Notes: generated by a model from the sequence alone, not told the origin. Shown: positions 55,566-63,441, counted from the first letter of the stretch. The stretch: DNA of 64,000 bases from Ignavibacteria bacterium (GCA_016873775.1 VGWC01000003.1:2486-66485), one strand, 5' to 3'. Program-made: numbers and translations.

Positions 55566-58541
55566 ATGGAAACTACACTTCCCAGATTATATTTACTCGA
55601 TGGAATGGCGATTGCTTATCGTTCGTATTATGCGTTCATTACCAATCCGCTCCGAACATCAAAAGGCGAAAACGTCAGCGCATTGTTTGGTTTTGCAAAT
55701 ACGTTATTCAAAATTTTAGATAGCGACAAACCGGAATATTTCGCCGTCGTGTTCGATACGAAAGAGCCGACGTTTCGTCATAAAATGTATGATGCATACA
55801 AAGCGACGCGACAAGAAATTCCAGAAGAACTTATTCCTCAACTCGACCAGTTGCGGGATTTGGTTCGCGCATTCAACATTTCCGTTCTCGAAATGCACGG
55901 TTACGAAGCCGATGATATTATGGGAACGCTTGCTCGCAAAGCGGAGAAAGAAAAAATTCTCACGTATCTTGTTACCGGCGATAAAGATTTTATGCAACTA
56001 ATTTCGCCGTTTATCAAAATGTTGAAGCCGGGAAATGCAAACGCTGAATGGGAAATTATTGATAATGCCCACGTGCTGGAAAAATTCGGCGTACCTCCTT
56101 CGCAGGTGATTGATGTGCTTGGTTTGATTGGCGATAAAGTGGACAATGTTCCCGGCATTCCCGGCGTTGGCGAGAAAACTGCGATTCCACTCGTGCAGCA
56201 ATTCGGCAGTATTGAAAACATTCTTACAAATATTGATAAAATTGAAAAAGCAGCGGTGAAAAAAAAATTTGAAGAACACAAAGCGCTTGCATTGCTTTCC
56301 AAAGAACTCGTAACGATTGATATCAATGTTCCTCTTGATGTAGATATTCACGAACTTAAAGCGAAAGAAAGAGATGTTGAACAACTTACAAAGTTGTTCA
56401 CGCAGTTTGAGTTTAAGAATCTTCTGAAAAAAGTTACGAGTAACGTGTTACGAATTACAAATGAGAAAATAGATAACTCAAAACTTGTAACTCGTAACTC
56501 GCAACTTGAAACAGACGAAGATATCTCTTTCGATGTTGCAAAATTTGAAAAGACGACTGATATTACTAATGATGAACATAAGTATCATTTAGTTACGACG
56601 GAAAAAGATTTTTTGAAATTGTGTGAGAAACTTTCCAAGGCAAAACAGTTTGTATTCGATATGGAAACAACTTCGGAAAATGCGTTGGATGCGGACGTTG
56701 TCGGCGTATCGTTTTGTATGAAAGAGAGGGAAGCGTATTACGTTGCGGTTGAGTTTGTTCCTTCAATTGAGAAAGATGGCGGAGAAGAAATACAAGATTT
56801 ATTTTCGACCAAGAAGAAAGTAGTTAGTAGTCAGAAGTCAGTAGATTCAAAATCGCCCACTCCACATCTCACATCTCAAATTACTATTGAGTCTGTGAAG
56901 AAATATCTCCAACCAGTTTTTGCAAACGAAAAGATTTTGAAGATTGCACAGAATGCAAAGTACGATGCGCATGTGTTGGCGAATTATGGGATTGTAACAA
57001 AGGGAGAAATTTTCGATACGATGATTGCGCATTTTGTTTTTCGGAATAACTCGCGGCACGGATTGGATTCGCTTGCGTTGGAATTTCTCAATTACAAAAT
57101 GATTTCGTTTGATGATTTGCTCGGAACGGGACGAGAGAAAAAAAAGATTTGGGAAATTCCGTTCGAAAACATTTGCGAATACTCGTGTGAAGATGCTGAT
57201 ATGACGATGCGATTGTATAATGTGTTGAAAGAAAAATTGAAGAATGAAAAAACCACTAATTCTGTCATTCCGAGCGAAGCGAGAAATCTCCTTACAGTTT
57301 GCAACAATGTTGATTTCCCACTCGTTTTTGTTCTTTCTGAAATGGAACGCGCGGGACAAAAACTCGATACAAAATTTTTGAGTGAGTTATCGAAAGAATT
57401 GGAACGCAATCTTAAAAACATCGAGCAAGACATTTACCAATTCGCCGGAGAAACGTTCAACATCAATTCGCCGAAACAATTGCAAGATATTTTATTTGTA
57501 AAACTCGGATTGAAATCGTCGCGGAAAACGAAAACAGGATTTTCTACGGCAGAAGATGTGTTGGAAGATTTGCGCAACGAACATCCGCTCATCGAAAAAC
57601 TTTTGGAACACCGTACAATGTACAAACTCAAGTCCACGTATGTTGATGCGTTGCCAAATCTCATCAATAAAAAAACGGGACGCGTGCACACTTCCTACAA
57701 TCAAGTTGTTGCCGCGACTGGAAGATTATCGAGCAGCGAACCGAATTTGCAAAACATTCCGATTCGTACAGAAGTCAGTCGTTCGATTCGGAAAGCGTTT
57801 ATTACGGATGACGGTTGGAGAATTCTTTCCGCAGATTATTCGCAAATCGAACTGCGCATTATGGCGGATATGAGCGGCGATGAGGGATTGCAAACAGCAT
57901 TTCGGAATGGAGAAGATATTCATAGAGCAACAGCGGAGAAATTATTTGCGAGTTCTTCGATTGATACTCGCGAACAACGACGGCGTGCTAAGGAAGTGAA
58001 TTTCGGGATTATGTATGGTATGGGACCGTTTGGCTTATCGCAGAGTTTGCAAATCCCACAGAATGAAGCGAAGGAGATTATTACGAAATACTTTGAGCGA
58101 TTTCCGAAAGTGAAACAGTTCATTGAGGATACGAAAGCATATTGTCGGCGCACGGGTTATGTAGAAACACTGCTCGGTCGGCGACGGTATCTTCCTGATA
58201 TTAATAGTAAGAATGGAAGTATTCGCTCGAATGCAGAACGACAAGCGATTAACGCGCCGATTCAGGGAACTGCGGCGGATATGATTAAGTTGGCGATGAT
58301 AAAAATCTATGAGAAAGTTGCGAGTTACGAGTCGCGAGTTACGAGTTATGAATCACGAATTACGAACCACGAGTTACGAATGTTGCTGCAAGTTCACGAC
58401 GAACTTGTTTTTGAAGTTGCGGAAAGCGTAGAGCATAGAGCAAAGAGTTTAATTTTGGATTGTATGAAAAATGCTTTGCCGCTTTCCGTTCCGGTGGAAG
58501 TGGAAATTGGAAGCGGGAAGAATTGGTTTGATGCGCATTGA
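55566..58541 (+). CDS. polA: DNA polymerase I
   Basis: 5'-nuclease (LYLLDGMAIAYRSYYA), 3'-5' exo (FDMETTS, QNAKYD), polymerase motifs (SADYSQIELRI, RRRAKEVNFGIMYG, LLQVHDELVFE). 991 aa including four repeat-encoded inserts. Confidence 0.9.
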   Translation: METTLPRLYLLDGMAIAYRSYYAFITNPLRTSKGENVSALFGFANTLFKILDSDKPEYFAVVFDTKEPTFRHKMYDAYKATRQEIPEELIPQLDQLRDLVRAFNISVLEMHGYEADDIMGTLARKAEKEKILTYLVTGDKDFMQLISPFIKMLKPGNANAEWEIIDNAHVLEKFGVPPSQVIDVLGLIGDKVDNVPGIPGVGEKTAIPLVQQFGSIENILTNIDKIEKAAVKKKFEEHKALALLSKELVTIDINVPLDVDIHELKAKERDVEQLTKLFTQFEFKNLLKKVTSNVLRITNEKIDNSKLVTRNSQLETDEDISFDVAKFEKTTDITNDEHKYHLVTTEKDFLKLCEKLSKAKQFVFDMETTSENALDADVVGVSFCMKEREAYYVAVEFVPSIEKDGGEEIQDLFSTKKKVVSSQKSVDSKSPTPHLTSQITIESVKKYLQPVFANEKILKIAQNAKYDAHVLANYGIVTKGEIFDTMIAHFVFRNNSRHGLDSLALEFLNYKMISFDDLLGTGREKKKIWEIPFENICEYSCEDADMTMRLYNVLKEKLKNEKTTNSVIPSEARNLLTVCNNVDFPLVFVLSEMERAGQKLDTKFLSELSKELERNLKNIEQDIYQFAGETFNINSPKQLQDILFVKLGLKSSRKTKTGFSTAEDVLEDLRNEHPLIEKLLEHRTMYKLKSTYVDALPNLINKKTGRVHTSYNQVVAATGRLSSSEPNLQNIPIRTEVSRSIRKAFITDDGWRILSADYSQIELRIMADMSGDEGLQTAFRNGEDIHRATAEKLFASSSIDTREQRRRAKEVNFGIMYGMGPFGLSQSLQIPQNEAKEIITKYFERFPKVKQFIEDTKAYCRRTGYVETLLGRRRYLPDINSKNGSIRSNAERQAINAPIQGTAADMIKLAMIKIYEKVASYESRVTSYESRITNHELRMLLQVHDELVFEVAESVEHRAKSLILDCMKNALPLSVPVEVEIGSGKNWFDAH
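56433..56516. repeat. Heptamer-phased palindromic array (12 units) in frame in the polA 5'-nuclease/exo linker
   Basis: gttacga|gtaacgt|gttacga|attacaa|atgagaa|aatagat|aactcaa|aacttgt|aactcgt|aactcgc|aacttga|aacagac. Arms 56431-56455 and 56483-56507 are 20/25 complementary. Confidence 0.8.
56820..56882. repeat. Heptamer-phased array (9 units) in frame in the polA 3'-5' exo domain
   Basis: gtagtta|gtagtca|gaagtca|gtagatt|caaaatc|gcccact|ccacatc|tcacatc|tcaaatt. Related to the 55440-55481 array. Confidence 0.75.
57264..57290. repeat. 'gtcattccgagcgaagcgagaaatctc' word in frame in polA (encodes VIPSEARNL)
   Basis: Shares gtcattccg...g(a/g)aatctc ends with the intergenic copy at 58601-58638, and gtcattcc with 22693-22766. 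Confidence 0.65.
58317..58379. repeat. Heptamer array (9 units) in frame in polA just before motif C
   Basis: gttgcga|gttacga|gtcgcga|gttacga|gttatga|atcacga|attacga|accacga|gttacga. Encodes the 7-aa periodic VASYESR VTSYESR ITNHELR. Confidence 0.85.
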
Positions 58542-58597
58542 TTTCATTTTACATTTTATATTGAACATTTTAGATTGATTATTTTCAAAATTCAAAA
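58542..58597. repeat. Heptamer-phased array starting at the first nt after the polA stop
   Basis: tttcatt|ttacatt|ttatatt|gaacatt|ttagatt|gattatt|ttcaaaa|ttcaaaa. Confidence 0.7.
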
Positions 58598-58600
58598 GCA

Positions 58601-58638
58601 GTCATTCCGAAACCACATTTATGTGGATGAGGAATCTC
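58601..58638. repeat. 'gtcattccga...gaggaatctc' hairpin-family element
   Basis: gtcattccgaaaccacatttatgtggatgaggaatctc with inner ccacat/atgtgg. Confidence 0.65.
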
Positions 58639-58689
58639 TTTTGAAGTTGTCGAGGTTGAAAAAAGATTTCACAACTCTTTAAGTATATT

Positions 58690-58795
58690 TTCGCCCGAAA
58701 ATTACTCCGCGTTACTCTGCGAAAAACTTTGAGCGACTTTGCGGTTAAACAACATTTGCATTTAACCGCGAAGTAACGCAAAGTCAAACACAAAG
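58690..58795. repeat. Partial relative of the 35034-35283 MITE-like element (core hairpin)
   Basis: ctttgcggttaaa (58737-58749) / tttaaccgcgaag (58761-58773). Shares the words actctgcgaaa, tgcggttaaa and gtaacgcaaa with the 35160-35250 core. Confidence 0.6.
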
Positions 58796-58864
58796 TTTCG
58801 CAATGACGATAGAGAAAAAAGATTTAATACTCTTGCACTATAAAGCAGAATATGCTTGAGTAAT

Positions 58865-59359
58865 TTATTTTCTCGTTCTAAAAATGAGCATCAATCCGAA
58901 CAGAATAAGCGCGATTGGCCAATACACTCGCACGTAATTCCACACATCGAAACTGTCAATGTAACCGTATTCTTCGAGGAGAAGCAGTGTTCCGATTCCA
59001 CTGAGGAAAAATCCAGGAATGAGCGGAACAAATGAACGTGGTTCGGTAAGCGCAACCATCAAAAAAGAAAACCCTAAAATGATGAAGATGATGGGAACAA
59101 ATGTGTGAAAATGAACTTCAAAAAAATCGAGTGAGCGAAGAAGATTATAGAGTGCGAATAGAAACAGCGTAGTTCCGAAAAAAACTTTGCCGTTTTCATT
59201 TTTCTTGAATCCTCTAAGATACATATCACCACTCCAAATTGTTAGAAGTCCCCAAAGAAAGATATCCCAACGTAGTTCGATGATGTGAAATTGTTTAAGC
59301 AAAAGAAATGAACCAATGATTATTAGGAGCACTCCAAATACTGAAAACCGAAGACTCAT
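58865..59359 (-). CDS. Polytopic membrane protein (possibly LiaF/DUF5668-like TM module)
   Basis: 164 aa, about 5 TM helices, no soluble domain. Adjacent to the PspC-domain gene. Confidence 0.5.
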   Translation of the reverse strand: MSLRFSVFGVLLIIIGSFLLLKQFHIIELRWDIFLWGLLTIWSGDMYLRGFKKNENGKVFFGTTLFLFALYNLLRSLDFFEVHFHTFVPIIFIILGFSFLMVALTEPRSFVPLIPGFFLSGIGTLLLLEEYGYIDSFDVWNYVRVYWPIALILFGLMLIFRTRK

Positions 59360-59421
59360 ATTTTCCAGTGCAAGTTTTTAATGTATAACGTTCGAGAAAT
59401 ATTTTTGAAATTCATCTACAA

Positions 59422-59838
59422 TTATGTTCTTTTCGTTATCAGCATCACACCCAAAATAATCATTACAACTGCGATTGCGGATACTCCCCAGAAACTCCAG
59501 AATGTCCACCACGCAAATTCGAGAAGATTTTTAAAGAGAAATGCGGAGCCAAGAAAAATCATTACTAATCCCATTACCGTTGAACTGTTTGACTGTTGCG
59601 GTGGCGTAGGCGCGCTTTCAGAAATGATATGATATGGATTATTCGGAATAATGAACCAAGCAATCACATAAAGTAATATTCCGGAGCCGCCCAGTAGTGT
59701 AAGCAGAACCCAAACTAAACGAACGATAGACGGGTCAATGTTCAAATATTCAGCAACACCGCCGCAAACTCCGGCAATCATTTTTTCTTGACGCGAACGA
59801 AACAAACGTTTTGTTCCTTGCGTATAATCGTTAGACAT
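59422..59838 (-). CDS. PspC domain-containing membrane protein
   Basis: RLFRSRQEKMIAGVCGGVAEYLNIDPSIVRLVWVLL, a typical PspC domain. Confidence 0.8.
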   Translation of the reverse strand: MSNDYTQGTKRLFRSRQEKMIAGVCGGVAEYLNIDPSIVRLVWVLLTLLGGSGILLYVIAWFIIPNNPYHIISESAPTPPQQSNSSTVMGLVMIFLGSAFLFKNLLEFAWWTFWSFWGVSAIAVVMIILGVMLITKRT

Positions 59839-59935
59839 ATTGTATCTCCAAAAACGTTGTAAAATATATAAGTAATCTTTTAGACTTATGCATAGGAGAA
59901 AAAGTTACGAGTGGAACGTAATTTTTATACCGTGT

Positions 59936-60910
59936 TTAATTCATTCTCGTTACCACAAAATCCACAAAACCGGACAGCGATTGTTTGCTGGGCGAGTTTG
60001 GAAATTGCCGTAAAATATCTTTTGCATTTTCAGCATACTCCATTGATTTCCGCGTTGCGTATTCAATGCCGCCGTATTCATTTACAAAATTGGAAACAGT
60101 TAACGCGCCAGTTTTATCTGCTCCATTCTTTATGATTTTCAGAATTGTATTTGCTTCCGTTCTCGGCGCTTTTTCAAGTGCGTGAATAAGCGGCAACGTA
60201 ATTTTCTTGTCTTTCAAATCTGCGCCGCCGGTTGGTTTTCCCGTAATGCTTTTCTTTCCGACAAAATCGAGCAAGTCATCGCGGATTTGAAAAGCAAGTC
60301 CGAGATTTTCTCCGAAGTTCCGCATTGCATTTCTGTATTCGCCATTGTTCGAACCAGCCGCAGCACCAATTTCTGTACATGTGGAAATCAAGGACGCAGT
60401 TTTATCGGAAATAATTTTGAAATACGTTTTTTCATCCACGCTCAAACTTCTGCTCTTTTCGATTTCTAAAATTTCTCCCTCGCTCATTCGCCGAACAGAA
60501 TCGCTCATAATTTTTAAGAAGACAAAATCATCGTTGTCGAGCGAAAGCAGTAATCCTTTTGCGAGAAGAAAATCTCCCATCAACACAGCGGCTTTATTTT
60601 TCCAAACGAAATTGATGGAAGGAAGTCCGCGACGCGTGTTTGCTTCGTCAATAACATCATCGTGAATCAACGTTGCTGTGTGAAGAATTTCTACTAATGC
60701 TGCGCCGCGATATGTTCGTTCGTTCACTCCGCCGCAGAGTTTGCTGCAGAGAAGAACTAAAATCGGTCGCATCTTTTTTCCTTTTTGTTTTAAGATGTAG
60801 CGTGTAATAGTATCAACGAGAAATATTTTCGAACGCATTGCATTGCGAAAAACATCTTCAAACGTTTTCAGTTCTTTTTCGATTGGTGTTGCTATTTCTT
60901 TGAGATTCAT
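59936..60910 (-). CDS. Polyprenyl diphosphate synthase (IspB-like)
   Basis: First and second Asp-rich motifs LIHDDVIDEANTRRG and FQIRDDLLDF. Confidence 0.8.
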   Translation of the reverse strand: MNLKEIATPIEKELKTFEDVFRNAMRSKIFLVDTITRYILKQKGKKMRPILVLLCSKLCGGVNERTYRGAALVEILHTATLIHDDVIDEANTRRGLPSINFVWKNKAAVLMGDFLLAKGLLLSLDNDDFVFLKIMSDSVRRMSEGEILEIEKSRSLSVDEKTYFKIISDKTASLISTCTEIGAAAGSNNGEYRNAMRNFGENLGLAFQIRDDLLDFVGKKSITGKPTGGADLKDKKITLPLIHALEKAPRTEANTILKIIKNGADKTGALTVSNFVNEYGGIEYATRKSMEYAENAKDILRQFPNSPSKQSLSGFVDFVVTRMN

Positions 60911-60924
60911 CTTTTCTATTACTA

Positions 60925-60990
60925 TTAACTACGAATGACAAATTACTAATTACCAATGATAGTCATTAGTAATTTGTCATTGGTCATTTG
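60925..60990. repeat. Heptamer-phased palindromic element between tatC and the polyprenyl synthase gene
   Basis: Perfect 16-bp stem atgacaaattactaat (60935-60950) / attagtaatttgtcat (60965-60980). 60969-60988 is the exact reverse complement of 9734-9753. Confidence 0.8.
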
Positions 60991-61000
60991 TTGGTGTAAT

Positions 61001-61750
61001 TCAAACGGGTGCTTCTTTCTTCCGATGTACAATCGCCGATATCCAAATACTGATTTCATATAAAATTAACATAGGCGCTGCGAAAACTGCCATCGTTACA
61101 ACATCTGTTGTCGGTGTGAGTATTGCGGCAAGAATGAGTATTGCAACGATGGAATGTCTGCGGTAGTGGCGCATAAATGCCGGAGTTACAATTCCAAACT
61201 TCGAGAGGAAATACGAAATCATTGGCAACTCAAAAATCAAACCGGAAAGCAACACCATTTGAAGGACGAAACCCATATAATCGCCGACAGAAATCAGGTT
61301 TTGAATATGGTGCGAACCGAATGTTGCGAAAAATTGCAGCATATACGGAAGCATCAGAAAATAAGAGAACGCAACTCCTCCAAGGAAACAAAACGTTGTG
61401 AAAAAAACTACGCCCGTAAAATATTTCCTTTCTTTCGAGTACAACGCCGGAACAATAAACATCCATATTTGAAAAAGCAGCCACGGTGAACTGAGAATGA
61501 TACTTGATACCAACACCACCATCATATACAACGTTATTTGACCGTACGGAACCGTATTGATTAACTGCAACGGAGGGTTTGTTTTCTGTATAGGACCAAG
61601 CACAACGTTATTGACAAGGAATTCTGCATAAAAAGCACACAGAATAACTGCAAGGAGAACGCCCATCAGCGCTTTTACAATACGCCAGCGTAATTCTTCG
61701 AGATGGTCGAGGAAGGAAAGTTCTTTGTGTTCGGTTTCTATTTCAGGCAT
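61001..61750 (-). CDS. tatC: Twin-arginine translocase subunit TatC
   Basis: LSFLDHLEELRWRI N-terminus, 6 TM. Start taken at ATG 61750. The track start GTG 61771 lies inside a repeat. Confidence 0.85.
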   Translation of the reverse strand: MPEIETEHKELSFLDHLEELRWRIVKALMGVLLAVILCAFYAEFLVNNVVLGPIQKTNPPLQLINTVPYGQITLYMMVVLVSSIILSSPWLLFQIWMFIVPALYSKERKYFTGVVFFTTFCFLGGVAFSYFLMLPYMLQFFATFGSHHIQNLISVGDYMGFVLQMVLLSGLIFELPMISYFLSKFGIVTPAFMRHYRRHSIVAILILAAILTPTTDVVTMAVFAAPMLILYEISIWISAIVHRKKEAPV

Positions 61751-61757
61751 TTGATTA

Positions 61758-61816
61758 GCCACGAATTTCACGAATTGACACTAATTATATTCGTGATAAT
61801 TCGTGCAATTAGTGGC
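61758..61816. repeat. Interleaved palindromic element (cacgaatt / cactaatt words)
   Basis: gccacgaatttcacgaattgacactaatt atat tcgtgataattcgtgcaattagtggc. cacgaatt pairs with aattcgtg, and cactaatt pairs with aattagtg. Confidence 0.65.
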
Positions 61817-61824
61817 AAAAATAA

Positions 61825-63111
61825 TTATTGATACAACGGAAATTGCAAACACAACGCTTTCACTTTTTCTGCAACATCGGCATACACTTTTTTATTTCCG
61901 ACATTACGCAATACGTCATCAATCAATTCGGCAACGATTTCCATTTCGCTTTCTTTCATCCCCCGCGTTGTAATTGCGGGAGTTCCGATACGAATGCCAC
62001 TAGTAATCAATGGCGATTCAGTATCAAACGGAACAGCATTTTTATTCACCGTAATTCCGCTTTCGTCCAACGCTTCCTGCGCGGATTTTCCCGTCAGTTT
62101 TTTATTGCGCAAATCAATCAGCATCAAATGATTATCTGTGCCGTTGGAAATAATATTGTAACCGAGTGCGAGCATTTTTTTTGCAAGCGCATTTGCATTT
62201 GAAATAATTTGCTTCGCGTACGTTTCAAAACCCGGTTGCAAGTTTTCTAAAAATCCAACTGCCTTCGCCGCAATCACGTGCATCAACGGTCCGCCTTGAA
62301 TTCCCGGAATCACCATCGAATCCAAAAGTTCGCTCATCATTTTTGTTCGTCCGCTTTTTGGCGCAACAAGTCCGAACGGATTTTCAAAATCTTTTCCAAG
62401 TAAAATCAAACCTCCGCGTGCCCCTCGCAATGTTTTATGCGTCGTCGAAGTTACAACGTGGCATTGCGGGAGCGGGTCATTCAATAATTTTTTTGCAATC
62501 AATCCCGCGGGATGAGCAATATCGGCAAACAAAAACGCGCCGACTTTATCCGCAACAACACGAAACGCTTTGTAATCAATGTTGCGCGAATATGCCGATG
62601 CGCCGACGGTAATCATTTTCGGTTTTTCTTTTGTTGCGAGCGCTTCTACTTCATTCATATCAATGAAACCGGTTTCTTTGTTCACGCCATACGCGACAAA
62701 GTTGTACAGTTGTCCCGAAAAATTTACCGGCGAGCCGTGTGTTAAATGTCCGCCCTGCGAAAGATTCATTCCCATCACTTTGTCGCCTGGTTTCACGAAC
62801 GTAAAATACACCGCCATATTTGCTTGTGAACCTGAATGCGGCTGCACGTTTGCATACTCGGCGCCGAAAAGTTTTTTCACACGCTCACGCGCAAGATTTT
62901 CCGCAACGTCCACAAACTCGCATCCGCCGTAGTAGCGTTTGCCCGGATACCCTTCGGCGTATTTATTCGTGAGCACGCTTCCCATTGCTTCCATTACTGC
63001 TTTGCTGACAAAATTTTCCGAAGCAATGAGTTCGAGTTTTGTGTTTTGCCGCTCGCGTTCATTCTCAAGCGTTTGAAAAATTTCCGAATCAAAATTTTTG
63101 ATGTTGTGCAT
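61825..63111 (-). CDS. glyA: Serine hydroxymethyltransferase
   Basis: [40 protein letters not shown] (PLP lysine block). Confidence 0.9.
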   Translation of the reverse strand: MHNIKNFDSEIFQTLENERERQNTKLELIASENFVSKAVMEAMGSVLTNKYAEGYPGKRYYGGCEFVDVAENLARERVKKLFGAEYANVQPHSGSQANMAVYFTFVKPGDKVMGMNLSQGGHLTHGSPVNFSGQLYNFVAYGVNKETGFIDMNEVEALATKEKPKMITVGASAYSRNIDYKAFRVVADKVGAFLFADIAHPAGLIAKKLLNDPLPQCHVVTSTTHKTLRGARGGLILLGKDFENPFGLVAPKSGRTKMMSELLDSMVIPGIQGGPLMHVIAAKAVGFLENLQPGFETYAKQIISNANALAKKMLALGYNIISNGTDNHLMLIDLRNKKLTGKSAQEALDESGITVNKNAVPFDTESPLITSGIRIGTPAITTRGMKESEMEIVAELIDDVLRNVGNKKVYADVAEKVKALCLQFPLYQ

Positions 63112-63120
63112 AAAATGGTT

Positions 63121-63208
63121 TGCGATATGAGATTTGGGATTTGAGTTTTGTTCCTCTTCCTCTTTTGGTATCCCGCAATGACGGGATGCTAAAAGAGGGA
63201 AGAAGAAA
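63121..63208. repeat. Heptamer-phased array running into a ~25-bp imperfect hairpin in the glyA 5' region
   Basis: tgcgata|tgagatt|tgggatt|tgagttt|tgttcct. Then ttcctcttcctcttttggtatcccg (63151-63175) pairs with cgggatgctaaaagagggaagaagaaa (63182-63208), loop caatga. Confidence 0.7.
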
Positions 63209-63441
63209 TTTGTTATTCGTTAATCGTCATCAGTTGTTTATAATGAATCCGTACGTTGAAAAAATTGGGATAAAAACTACGAATTATTTTTTGCAAAGAA
63301 AATGGAGTCCACGTAAAATTTTAAAACACAAAAGCATTTGAAAGTTGCTCAATTTCTTTTGATGACGTGGGCTCCATTTTTAAAAAATTTGTTTTTCTAT
63401 CGCAAACGATTTATATTTTGTCCGCATTAAAACAACAACGT

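Noticed and set aside
58428-58447. agagcatagagcaaagag in the polA 3' end as a fifth repeat insertion (shares a 12-mer with the reverse complement of the 9980 array)
   Set aside because: The encoded peptide (SVEHRAKSLILD) aligns without a length difference to the corresponding PolA region of E. coli/Taq as I recall them. The short match is plausibly chance.
61751-61771. tatC start at GTG 61771 as given by the ORF track
   Set aside because: The seven extra codons (MKFVANQ) are encoded by the cacgaatt palindromic element. ATG 61750 gives an N-terminus of typical length before the conserved LDHLEELRWRI block. It is kept only as an alternative.
63112-63366. Riboswitch (ZTP/pfl, THF or glycine type) in front of glyA
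   Set aside because: I could not find the conserved cores I remember for these classes on either strand (for example the ccgcctggg-type 3' element of ZTP). The only strong structure is a repeat-like hairpin.
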